64,000 bases of DNA from a candidate division WWE3 bacterium (GTDB lineage: Bacteria; Patescibacteriota; WWE3; UBA101185; UBA10185). The stretch covers positions 629,407 through 693,406 of the forward strand of contig WJKK01000001.1 in assembly GCA_014729135.1 (NCBI GenBank), read 5' to 3'. Positions 30,567 to 39,029 of this stretch are shown here, one piece after another. The notes under the pieces were generated by a model. That model was not told the origin of the DNA. It searched no databases and was given only the letters and a program-made list of their open reading frames with translations. Made by a program: the position numbers and the translations under genes. Numbering within the stretch: the stretch's first letter is position 1; each line of letters begins with the position of its first letter.

Positions 30567-31811
30567 ATGCTTTTTAAACGCAAAAAACTAATCATCACAA
30601 TAAGCAGAGAAAAGCTCGGTTTAGCTCTTGTGGACACTGCAAATAAACAAATCCTAAACAGAGCGGAAGAAAATTGGAATCCGGAGGAAACGGAAAAACT
30701 TAAAGGAATTCTGGATGACCTTTTTGCAACAGTAGGTAAAAGAAAAGTTCGAATCCTCTTGCGAAAAGACCTTTATTACCTGGCAAACTTTGAATTTGAC
30801 ACACCTCCCGATCGACAAGACGTCCTAAGTAAAGCAGCTGCAAAATTTCCCGAAAACCTGGATGAATATAGTTGGGATTTTAGAATCGAGAATCAAAACG
30901 CCAAAAAGACGCAATTTACAAAGCCCACTCAAGAAGAAAAAATCCAAGTAACCGCTTTTGCTCCGGTTAAGGAAATTTACCAAAAAATTGTTAAGCCTAT
31001 TCAAGCTGCAGGCATAAACATTGAAGCAGTTGAACCCGAAGAGCTGGCTAAAAAACGCCACGTAATTCCTGAAATCGGGCTTGCATTAAAAAAGGATATT
31101 AAAGGTAAAGACGCTAAGGTGCTTAATTTGAAAATGGATAAATCTGTTGCAAAGAAAGCTAAAAAAGAGGGTCTAAAAACTTTAAGTGAAGAGGATTCTT
31201 TTGTAGAGCGTGTGGTTTCAATTGAGAATGGTCCAAAAAAGACAATTAAGTTTGCGCTCTTGGCTGCCTTAGTTGCTTTTGTTTTTGGGATAGGTGTTTA
31301 TTTTCTTTTTTTGCGGGATTCGGGAGAAGCTGATTTAATGGAAACTTTGGAAACAAGCGAAAGTACTTCTGTTGAGGTTGAAGAGGTAGCAACAGAAACC
31401 CAGGAGGAAACAGGGGAGGAGACTAGTGAGGCGGCGGCAGAATCCTCTGAGGAAAATGAGGAAACCACAGAAACCCAGGAAGAGGTTGAAGAAACGGCAC
31501 CAACTCCTGCGGAGACGCTTTTAGAGGAGGTGGCTTTGCAGATACTAAACGGATCAGGTGTAGCGGGCGAGGCAGGAGCTACTCAGGAAATACTGGAAGC
31601 AGAAGGGTTTGAGGACATTTCTGTTGGAAATGCTGATAATTTTGATTACACAAAAACGCAGGTGCAGGTTAAAGCCTCAGTAGGAAGCAACGTTTATGAA
31701 ACTATAGAACGCGCTTTAAATAGTGAGTTTGAAGTGGGGCAAGCTGCAGAAACTTTGGATGCTACAGCGGATTATGATGTAATATTAATTGTAGGTGAAA
31801 GGCTTGAGTAG
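30567..31811 (+). CDS. membrane protein with C-terminal LytR_C-like domain and an acidic Glu/Thr-rich linker
   Basis: C-terminal LQILNGSGVAGEAGATQEILEAEGFEDISVGNADNFDYTKTQV resembles the LytR C-terminal domain. Confidence 0.4.
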   Translation: MLFKRKKLIITISREKLGLALVDTANKQILNRAEENWNPEETEKLKGILDDLFATVGKRKVRILLRKDLYYLANFEFDTPPDRQDVLSKAAAKFPENLDEYSWDFRIENQNAKKTQFTKPTQEEKIQVTAFAPVKEIYQKIVKPIQAAGINIEAVEPEELAKKRHVIPEIGLALKKDIKGKDAKVLNLKMDKSVAKKAKKEGLKTLSEEDSFVERVVSIENGPKKTIKFALLAALVAFVFGIGVYFLFLRDSGEADLMETLETSESTSVEVEEVATETQEETGEETSEAAAESSEENEETTETQEEVEETAPTPAETLLEEVALQILNGSGVAGEAGATQEILEAEGFEDISVGNADNFDYTKTQVQVKASVGSNVYETIERALNSEFEVGQAAETLDATADYDVILIVGERLE

Positions 31812-31868
31812 GCTGCATAAAAGGCGGCCAATTTGAGCAAGTATTAAATATTTTTAGTAAAGGAAATT

Positions 31869-32317
31869 ATGACTAAATTAAAACTGCCCAATTTTAAAAA
31901 GGGCGCAGAGACGGAGGTTTTACACTTATTGAGCTTCTATTAGTTATTTCAATTATTGCTGTTTTGGCAACGGTGGTTTTTGTCTCGCTGGATCCTGTTA
32001 AGCGGCTGGCTGATGGTAGAAATTCACGTCGATGGAATGATGTGAATAATATTTTAACAGCGGTGCATTCGTGCATTATTGATAATGACGGTGTTTTAGC
32101 GGATTGTGGTATTACTGATACAAGTTCTCATGTTTTAGGTACGGGAGATTTGGATTTGTCAACGGATCTGGCTAAGTATTTGAAGTCTATGCCACAGGAT
32201 CCTAAGACGGGAACTGCTGCGGATACGGGTTATTCGATTCAGGCGGATGCTAATAATATTGTGACGGTTACGGCGGATGACGCTGAGAATGGTGAGACGG
32301 TGGAGGTTTCTAGGTAG
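31869..32317 (+). CDS. type IV pilin/pseudopilin-like protein with a start-site defect (apparent frameshift between the leader and GFTLIELL)
   Basis: An ATG at 31869 encodes MTKLKLPNFKKG in frame 1. A classic prepilin segment GFTLIELLLVISIIAVLATVVF is encoded in the +2 frame from 31898, which has no start codon. The longest called ORF starts at a TTG inside the hydrophobic helix (31964). Confidence 0.45.
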
Positions 32318-32405
32318 GAACAGCGGGTAGAAGGAAATTTCTGGTAATGGAATGTGAAGTGGGAGTGGAAGACCCCGCGCGAGATCTTCCACTCAGTATG
32401 ATTAA

Positions 32406-32582
32406 TCAAGCCTTGGTCCAGTAACCCTTCCGGCAGGAAAACCCGCCGGACTGAAGATATGCATTGAGATCCGTGCGAGAAACAGTCTCGCCCGCTCGAC
32501 TCAAGGCCGACAAGATACCTCGAAAGGTAACTTCTTCTCCAGCCAGTAAACTATCCACCAGACTTCTCTGCTTTTCTGTCAT
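32406..32582 (-). CDS. small ORF (58 aa), possible DUF433-like antitoxin component
   Basis: Reverse-strand translation MTEKQRSLVDSLLAGEEVTFRGILSALSRAGETVSRTDLNAYLQSGGFSCRKGYWTKA, within a GC-rich islet. Confidence 0.25.
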   Translation of the reverse strand: MTEKQRSLVDSLLAGEEVTFRGILSALSRAGETVSRTDLNAYLQSGGFSCRKGYWTKA

Positions 32583-32597
32583 GTCTCTCTCCCTTAC

Positions 32598-32801
32598 CTA
32601 TTGACGCACAAACCAAAGAGTACCGCTTCGAGTCGAATGGCCATAAAACGTTTCGGAAGACCTCAGGTAATCGAGGAGTTTCGAGACTGTAATGCCTTGA
32701 TCACCCAAGGACATATGCAAATCAACTACGAGAATGCCTGAAGCGTCCTGTACGGCCTTCAGAATCCTCTTCTTCTGACCAAGAGTAAACAACGTCATCA
32801 C
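32598..32801 (-). CDS. small ORF (67 aa), possible DUF5615-like PIN-type toxin component
   Basis: MTLFTLGQKKRILKAVQDASGILVVDLHMSLGDQ loosely fits the DUF5615 pattern LF...L...L...G..V.HV.DLG....SD; within the same GC-rich islet. Confidence 0.3.
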   Translation of the reverse strand: MMTLFTLGQKKRILKAVQDASGILVVDLHMSLGDQGITVSKLLDYLRSSETFYGHSTRSGTLWFVRQ

Positions 32802-32872
32802 CTCCTTAATGAAAGGTTGTCAACTTAAAAAAGATAATAAAGGGAATTGCGGGCTTTGTAAAGTCCTATAAC

Positions 32873-34504
32873 CTAATCTACCAGATCCTTCCGCTTTAGA
32901 ACCGCCACAAAAGGATCCAAACCACAATGAGAACAAGGGTAATCCAACAAAGAAGCAGGCGGAGAAAAAGCCTTAACCGAAACATAATGCTTCAAAAACT
33001 CCTCTGAAGGAAACTTAAACTCATGACTAGCCTGCACCAACACATAATACTGCGGCAAAAAATTGGATCCGGGGGCCACCACATCATAAGCGCGAAGATA
33101 ATGCTCCGCTACAGTAGCATTATCATTTGTGTAAACCGTCCTAACACCCTCCAGTGAATACAGATAATCACGAACCTGCTTCCATTGCCTATTATAAGGA
33201 AAGCCGTACAAAAATAGATGGTTTTCTTCTTTGTTAGCATGCTCCAGGTGGAAACGTCCTAGCGACACATCTTTCCAGGGATATCCCAAATGAAGTTGCG
33301 GAACATAAATAAACAGGTCGCAAAGGAAGATAAATCCAAGGGTCAAAGTTGCAAGCACTGTTAAAAGGAGTTGTTTTATGCGTGAAGAGGCAAAGGTTTC
33401 ATAAAAACTTTGGAGGCCTAGTGCTGCAAGGATTATAGCCGTAATAAGATAATTGTGAATGTGGGTCCCGGGATTAGAAAAAAGCAGCTCAAAAGTAAGG
33501 AGGCCTATTATTAGCCAAAGCATGAAGGGGGAGGTGTCTTGGGTAAGTGCAGGGGGCTGGTTGGTTGTAGACTCTTTTGTTGCGGGAATCAAACTGCCTA
33601 TGATTACAAATGAAAAACTTAAAAGCAAGTAATAGGGGAGAAAGGGGGTGTAAGTTAGCATTGTATATAGGCTGTTGTTGCGGGCAAAAGTTCCTCCATT
33701 GAGACGCCGGGAAATGTAGCCTGCTGTGTGTTCTGTGAAGTATCCGTTAAGAAAGTAGGGAAGATAAAACGTGCTAAGAATAAGGAGGAGGGGGATTAAA
33801 AAGAGGAATATTTGTGGGAGGATCTTTTTTAGGAACCTTTTAGGGGTGGGGGATTTTAAATTGGGATCAGTAGGAATAAGTTGTTTTAGAAAGCCATAAA
33901 AAATTGGAATGGCAAGAAAGGCGGCATCCCAATGGGAAAGAAAAGCTAGTCCTAGGAAAGCTCCGGAAAGGATTAAGACTAATTTTGATTTTTTGGTGGA
34001 GACTTCCTCTGTAGAGTCAAGCGCATAAGAAAAGCACAAATTTGATAAAAATCCAAAAAGTAATAAGAAACTTTGGTATTGGATAGTGCGCGAAAAGGCA
34101 ATGTAAAAACCTGTTAGAGAAAGGAGAAAAGCTGCTAAGGCAGCTACTTTTTGGTTGTAAATTTTGCGGATCCAAAAGTAGAGGGCAAAAACGGCAAGTG
34201 TTCCTGCTATGGCAAAGGGAAGTCGGGTGTAAAACTCGTGAAAACCGGGATTTGGAATTTGAGGGTTGCTTGAGGGGATATTTGTTTGAAGGAGAATCTG
34301 TTGAGTAACCCAAACTACAAGAAATTGCACAGGTCCTTTGCGCTGGTTTAAGAGAAATTGTTTTGCAGGAACTGTTTTATCCCAATAAAAAGTTTTTGTT
34401 TCGTCACCATAAAAGTTAGAATAACCCAAACCTAAAAATCGGGGAGTTACCGTAACAACAAACAGGAGGGCCAAAACAAACCATTCTTTTTTTGTAACCC
34501 GCAT
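32873..34504 (-). CDS. GT-C fold glycosyltransferase (ArnT/PMT-like)
   Basis: Polytopic. First loop YGDETKTFYWDKT...QRKGPVQF resembles the DE-containing loop 1 of PMT/ArnT. Paralogous to the 39030..40631 gene. Start trimmed to the Met of MRVTKKEW. Confidence 0.6.
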   Translation of the reverse strand: MRVTKKEWFVLALLFVVTVTPRFLGLGYSNFYGDETKTFYWDKTVPAKQFLLNQRKGPVQFLVVWVTQQILLQTNIPSSNPQIPNPGFHEFYTRLPFAIAGTLAVFALYFWIRKIYNQKVAALAAFLLSLTGFYIAFSRTIQYQSFLLLFGFLSNLCFSYALDSTEEVSTKKSKLVLILSGAFLGLAFLSHWDAAFLAIPIFYGFLKQLIPTDPNLKSPTPKRFLKKILPQIFLFLIPLLLILSTFYLPYFLNGYFTEHTAGYISRRLNGGTFARNNSLYTMLTYTPFLPYYLLLSFSFVIIGSLIPATKESTTNQPPALTQDTSPFMLWLIIGLLTFELLFSNPGTHIHNYLITAIILAALGLQSFYETFASSRIKQLLLTVLATLTLGFIFLCDLFIYVPQLHLGYPWKDVSLGRFHLEHANKEENHLFLYGFPYNRQWKQVRDYLYSLEGVRTVYTNDNATVAEHYLRAYDVVAPGSNFLPQYYVLVQASHEFKFPSEEFLKHYVSVKAFSPPASLLDYPCSHCGLDPFVAVLKRKDLVD

Positions 34505-34532
34505 TTTATTTAACATACACATACATACTAAC

Positions 34533-34669
34533 AAGGATTATCCTTCGATAGAAACGAGCATCTCCCTTAGGTAGAATGTCCTCGCTGATTCGAACAAGGA
34601 TTATCCTTCAAAAAATTAGATAATTCCCTTAGATAGAACACTCCCGCAGATTTTAGTAAGGATAATCCT
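34533..34669. promoter_or_regulatory. three spaced copies of the palindrome AAGGATTATCCTT (third copy AAGGATAATCCT) within ~45-nt direct repeats, upstream of the GT-C gene
   Basis: Copies at 34533-34545, 34596-34608 and 34658-34669, each followed by TCCCTTAGRTAGAA about 25 nt downstream. Confidence 0.45.
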
Positions 34670-34671
34670 CA

Positions 34672-35643
34672 CTATTCATGTGCGGCAAGGAAGCGCTCCA
34701 AATCCAGGGCAGCCATAGTCCCCAAACCCGCCGCCGTCACCGCCTGTCGATACTTAAAATCCGCAACATCACCCGCCACAAAAACACCCTCCTTAGAAGT
34801 GTGCGTTCGTTCAAAAACCTTCACGTAACCCTTTTCATCAAACTCCACAAACCCCTCCAAAAAAGCTGTATTAGGCCGATGACCAATAGCAATAAACACT
34901 CCTTCTACCTGAGGCATTTCCGCAATCTCATTAGTCTGATTATTCAAAACCTTAATCCCTGTAACAGAGGCATTCCCCAACACCTCCACCAACTCCGTAT
35001 TAAAGTGAAAATTAATTTTCTCGTTCTTAAAGGCGCGCTCCTGCATAATCTTGCTAGCTCGCAAACCCTCACGATCCTTGCGCACCAAAACATGCACCTT
35101 AGTAGCAAATCGCGTCAAAAAAGTAGCCTCTTCCATGGCAGAATCGCCTCCACCAATAACCGCAACCTCCTTGCCCTTAAAGAAGAAACCATCACAAGTG
35201 GCACAAGCCGAAACGCCCTTACCGCGCATCTTCTGCTCACTTTCTAAACCTAGCCAACGGGCAGAAGCTCCGGTAGCAATTAAAACGGTTCGCGCATGAT
35301 ACTCATTGCCTTCCTCCGAAGTAACCTTAAAACCCTCCTCAAAAGTGCCTGAAACTGAGGCAACATTTTCATCAACAAGCCGAGTCCCAAAACGCTCCGC
35401 CTGATCTCGCGCTCGCTGCACCAAAGTAGGTCCATCTATCCCTTCAGGGAAGCCGGGAAAATTCTCCACTTCTGTAGTAGTCATCAGCTGCCCTCCCGGA
35501 GGACTTCCCGCTATAACCAAAGTCTCAAGCTGAGCCCGCGACGTGTAAATTGCTGCAGTTAATCCTGCCGGGCCTCCCCCCAAAATTGCCACGTCATAAA
35601 TTGGATTTGCTTCTGTTTTTTTGTTGTTTTTGTTATTTGGCAT
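34672..35643 (-). CDS. trxB: thioredoxin-disulfide reductase
   Basis: YDVAILGGGPAGLTAAIY (FAD GxGxxG), the redox-active site SACATCDGFFF, and GGGDSAMEEATFL (NADPH site). Start set to MPNNKNN. Confidence 0.85.
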   Translation of the reverse strand: MPNNKNNKKTEANPIYDVAILGGGPAGLTAAIYTSRAQLETLVIAGSPPGGQLMTTTEVENFPGFPEGIDGPTLVQRARDQAERFGTRLVDENVASVSGTFEEGFKVTSEEGNEYHARTVLIATGASARWLGLESEQKMRGKGVSACATCDGFFFKGKEVAVIGGGDSAMEEATFLTRFATKVHVLVRKDREGLRASKIMQERAFKNEKINFHFNTELVEVLGNASVTGIKVLNNQTNEIAEMPQVEGVFIAIGHRPNTAFLEGFVEFDEKGYVKVFERTHTSKEGVFVAGDVADFKYRQAVTAAGLGTMAALDLERFLAAHE

Positions 35644-35656
35644 AGTAGTTTCTTTT

Positions 35657-36493
35657 TTAGTTTCCTTTCTTGGAGGCGGTTTTTGAGGCTCCATTTGCAG
35701 CAGCGCCACCACCGCCAGCATCGCCGGAAGACTTAGCGTTACCTCCAAATCGCCTCTCCCTGCCTGCAAAATCAATTAATGCTTTTTTAAATTCAGCTTC
35801 TTTAAAGTCAGGCATGTGCACGTCAGCAAAGTAGAATTCGCTGTAAGCCGATTGCCATGATAAATATCCGCTTAATCGTTGTTCTCCGGAGGTTCTGATG
35901 ATTAAATCAGGGTAGGGATAGGGTTGGCCGGCTGTGTCTAAGTAGTCGGCAAATTTGTAGATTGGGTATTTTCCTTTGTACTTGGCGACTTCTTGGGTGA
36001 GCTCTTGAGGAGTTAGTTTTCCGGATTCTATGTCTTTGGTGGCTTTGGTAACTGCACGGAGGATCTCGTCGTGTCCGCCGTAGTCTAGGGCTATGTTTAA
36101 GATGTGTTTTGTGAAGTGGGCGGTTTTTTGTTCGGCTTCTTTTAAGATTTCTTGAAGTCCTCCGGGGATTCTATCTTTTCTCCCAAGATGAACAATTCGG
36201 GCCTCACTCTTAAGTGCTTCCTCCAAGTTTTTAGAAATGTTTTCTTCATACAAACGCATCAAATAATTAACCTCTGTTTCTGATCGATTCCAATTTTCTG
36301 TAGAAAACGCCCAAAGCGTAAAAGTATGAATCCCTAAATCACGTGCCTGTCTAATCACGGCATTAGCAGCTTGAAATCCTTTTGTGTGACCGCGTAATGT
36401 AGGAAGATTGCGAGAGTGAGCCCATCTTCGGTTGCCATCAGGAATAATAGCCACGTGTTTAGGTAATTTAGTTTTATCAACTGAGAAAGTCAT
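35657..36493 (-). CDS. uppS: undecaprenyl diphosphate synthase
   Basis: HVAIIPDGNRRWA and TLWAFSTENWNR are cis-prenyltransferase signatures. Gly/Ala-rich C-terminal tail. Confidence 0.85.
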   Translation of the reverse strand: MTFSVDKTKLPKHVAIIPDGNRRWAHSRNLPTLRGHTKGFQAANAVIRQARDLGIHTFTLWAFSTENWNRSETEVNYLMRLYEENISKNLEEALKSEARIVHLGRKDRIPGGLQEILKEAEQKTAHFTKHILNIALDYGGHDEILRAVTKATKDIESGKLTPQELTQEVAKYKGKYPIYKFADYLDTAGQPYPYPDLIIRTSGEQRLSGYLSWQSAYSEFYFADVHMPDFKEAEFKKALIDFAGRERRFGGNAKSSGDAGGGGAAANGASKTASKKGN

Positions 36494-36569
36494 GAGATTA
36501 GTATATCACTAGTAGAGTAAACCCAGAGGAAGGGATGACTCCAAAAGTATGATAAAATCGTAGACGTCT

Positions 36570-36646
36570 GCGAGAGTAGCTCAGCTGGCTAGAGCATCTC
36601 CCTTCCAAGGAGAGGGTCGCGGGTTCGAATCCCGTCTCTCGCTCCA
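36570..36646 (+). tRNA. tRNA-Gly (anticodon TCC)
   Basis: Manual cloverleaf: acceptor gcgagag/ctctcgc, D-arm gctc..gagc, anticodon stem tctcc/ggaga with loop cttccaa, T-arm gcggg-ttcgaat-cccgt, 3' tcca. Confidence 0.85.
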
Positions 36647-36962
36647 TTTGTGTTCGCAACGCGAACCCAAATGGCTGATCATCCGCCTACGGCGGATGAA
36701 CTGCCTAACAAGTCCGTAGGACTTGTTACATCCATCGAAATGCTCGCGTTCGCTCGCATTTGCGATGGCCCGTACAACTTTTGACAAAGTTGTACGGTCG
36801 CAAACAAGAGTAATTAGCATTTCGATGACTCAGGTAAATAGGAGCGTACTAAAGCGACTATTTAGCTGTGCCTAACAAGTCGCAATGCGACTTGTTATAG
36901 TCTACAACTTTTAGCAAAGTTGTACGGTCACAAACAAAAATAACTAGCATTTCGATGACTTA
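36647..36962. repeat. block of consecutive hairpins with an internal ~95-135 nt tandem duplication, immediately downstream of tRNA-Gly
   Basis: Hairpins gttcgc-aac-gcgaac, catccgcc-tac-ggcggatg, taacaagtcc-gta-ggacttgtta, ccgtacaacttt-tga-caaagttgtacgg. The second unit repeats taacaagtcgc-aat-gcgacttgtta and acaacttt-tag-caaagttgt. Both units end with aaacaa..ta..tagcatttcgatgact. Confidence 0.5.
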
Positions 36963-37016
36963 ACAAAATGAAAAAAAGTTGAGAGGCTACTATAAAAATT
37001 TATAAAACACAAAAAT

Positions 37017-37481
37017 ATGACAGAAACACTATTCGACAAAATAATAAACAACGAAATAGAAAATTGGAAAGTATGGGAAAGCAAAACACATCTAGCCTTT
37101 TTAACTCCCTTTCCTAACACCCTAGGACTAACTATTGTGATACCAAAGAAAAACATTGGAGATTACGTGTTTTCTTTAGAGCAGAAGGATTATCAAGAAC
37201 TCCTGGATGCTACAAAAGAAGTAGCCAAAGTCCTGGAAAAAGCTTTCGAGACTACCCGCGTAGCTATGATCTTTGAAGGAACAGGAGTAGCTCACGTACA
37301 CGCAAAACTGTATCCTCTGCATGGAGAACTTGCAAATGCCACAGATGTTTGGAGTCATCATCAGGAATTTTACCCAGAATATCTAGGATACTTAAGTACT
37401 GTAGAGGGCCCTAAAATGCCTAAAGAGAAGCTAGATGAAATTCAAAAGAAAATACTAAAGGTGCAAGAGAATATAGTTTAG
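37017..37481 (+). CDS. HIT-like family protein with atypical H-x-H-x-K motif
   Basis: LAFLTPFPNTLGLTIVIPKK...MIFEGTGVAHVHAKLYP aligns to the HIT core, but the third His is replaced by Lys. Confidence 0.5.
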   Translation: MTETLFDKIINNEIENWKVWESKTHLAFLTPFPNTLGLTIVIPKKNIGDYVFSLEQKDYQELLDATKEVAKVLEKAFETTRVAMIFEGTGVAHVHAKLYPLHGELANATDVWSHHQEFYPEYLGYLSTVEGPKMPKEKLDEIQKKILKVQENIV

Positions 37482-38647
37482 ACCCCAATCTCCCCAATAC
37501 TTCTCCAATTAACAAGACTATTATCACTAAAATCACTCTCCATATCCCCCGTATAAACCACAAAACCATTACCTACCTTAAACTGCTCACTCTCTAAACC
37601 CTTAAAGTAACGTAAACCCCCCAAAAACTCCGTATTAAAAGTAGCGCTAGACTTAATTTCAATAGGAGTTATTTCGGAACCCTTATCCAAAAGTAGATCA
37701 ACCTCATTACCGCTGCTATCCCTGAAAAAATAAACCTTAGAGCTGGAACCTATATTAAGTTTTTGCTTATACAAATCCATGACCACCATATTCTCAAAAA
37801 GGCCTCCCAGAGCAAAATGATTCTGCAGCTCCTTAACCGAGTCAATCCCTAAAAGGTAAGCAAGCAAGCCTACATCAGTAAAGTAAATTTTAGGGGACTT
37901 AATTATGCGCTTCCCAAAATTATCATAGTAGGGCTGCAAACGAAAAATTATATAACTTGCCTCCAAAATGGAAAGCCATGCTTCAACTGTTTTATGAGAA
38001 ACTCCTGCAACATTGCCCAACTGAGTTAAATTAACTAGCTGACCAACACGTCCTGCCAAAAGCTGCAGAAACCTCTCAAAGCTCGCCAAATCGCCAATGT
38101 TTTTAATATTGCGAACGTCACGCTCAACATAGGTTCTAACATATCCGGAGTAATAAGTTCTGACGTCCTGCTTTTTGTCATGCAGACCCGGATAAAATCC
38201 TTTTAGTAGGGCTTCTCTGTAATCGGTTGGAAGAATTTTATGATCCTGCATCTCATCTATTGTTAAAGGAAAAAGCGTTAAAACTGCCACCCTTCCGGCC
38301 AAACTTTGACTTACTTTTTCCGAGAGCAGGAGGTTTTGCGATCCCGTAATTATGAATTTACCCGGCTTAAAATCCTCATCTATTGAAACTTGAATATAGG
38401 AAAGGAGTTCCGGATACTTTTGTACCTCGTCTATTATAATTCCACCCTCTACGTTGTTAATAAAGGAAGCAGGATCCTCTCTAATAGCATTAAGCTCTAC
38501 TAGGTTTTCCAGGTTGACGTATTGGTGGTTTGGAAATGTATCTTTTACAAGAGTGGTTTTACCCGATTGGCGTGGGCCTGTTAAGGAAACTACTCCAAAT
38601 TCTTTGGCTGCTTTTTTTAGGTAGGGGGTTATTGAGCGTTTTATCAT
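37478..38647 (-). CDS. AAA+ ATPase (AAA_14 plus DUF4143 type)
   Basis: Walker A GPRQSGKTTL near the N-terminus and a Walker B-like IIIDEVQ; typical length for this family. Confidence 0.65.
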   Translation of the reverse strand: MIKRSITPYLKKAAKEFGVVSLTGPRQSGKTTLVKDTFPNHQYVNLENLVELNAIREDPASFINNVEGGIIIDEVQKYPELLSYIQVSIDEDFKPGKFIITGSQNLLLSEKVSQSLAGRVAVLTLFPLTIDEMQDHKILPTDYREALLKGFYPGLHDKKQDVRTYYSGYVRTYVERDVRNIKNIGDLASFERFLQLLAGRVGQLVNLTQLGNVAGVSHKTVEAWLSILEASYIIFRLQPYYDNFGKRIIKSPKIYFTDVGLLAYLLGIDSVKELQNHFALGGLFENMVVMDLYKQKLNIGSSSKVYFFRDSSGNEVDLLLDKGSEITPIEIKSSATFNTEFLGGLRYFKGLESEQFKVGNGFVVYTGDMESDFSDNSLVNWRSIGEIGV

Positions 38648-38815
38648 GGTTTTATTTTATCAACGGAGGGGCTTATTTGCAAATTGGAAGCGGGATTCCC
38701 AGATTGCAAAGATAGAGGGAAAGGCAGGAGCGTGTTCAAAAGGGGTTACTATTGGGTTTTTAGGACAGGTAGTTTATAATGAAAACCGCCTTACAAAAAG
38801 ATGGAAGCAACTTTT

Positions 38816-38891
38816 GCCCCAGTAGCTCAGAGGATAGAGCAGTTCCCTTCTAAGGAAAAGGCCGGGGGTTCGATTCCCTCCTGGGGCGCCA
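38816..38891 (+). tRNA. tRNA-Arg (anticodon TCT)
   Basis: Manual cloverleaf: acceptor gccccag/ctggggc, D-arm gctc-agaggata-gagc, anticodon stem gttcc/ggaaa with loop cttctaa, T-arm ggggg-ttcgatt-ccctc, 3' gcca. Confidence 0.85.
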
Positions 38892-38918
38892 AAAAGATTC
38901 CGCTTCGCGGAACTTTTT
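38892..38918 (+). terminator. hairpin with T-run directly after tRNA-Arg (aaaaagattccgc-ttc-gcggaacttttt)
   Basis: Near-perfect 12-bp stem ending in a T5 run. Confidence 0.4.
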
Positions 38919-38926
38919 GGTCCAAG

Positions 38927-38956
38927 CAAATACGAGCGTACTAACGCGAGTATTTG
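38927..38956. repeat. CAAATACGAGCG-TACTAA-CGCGAGTATTTG hairpin element (family shared with 41243..41274 and 3956..3987)
   Basis: Near-identical sequence in inverted orientation at 41243-41274; related arms at 3956-3987. Confidence 0.45.
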
Positions 38957-39029
38957 TTTGTTACCTCACAAGTTGTACTCAACTTGTGAAAGGCGAACTT
39001 TACAAAGCTCAAAGCATTGCTTTAACACC

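Noticed and set aside
36581-36820. 79-aa minus-strand ORF overlapping tRNA-Gly and the hairpin-repeat block
   Set aside because: It lies antisense to a clearly folding tRNA and within a palindromic repeat region. It is almost certainly a spurious ORF created by the repeats.
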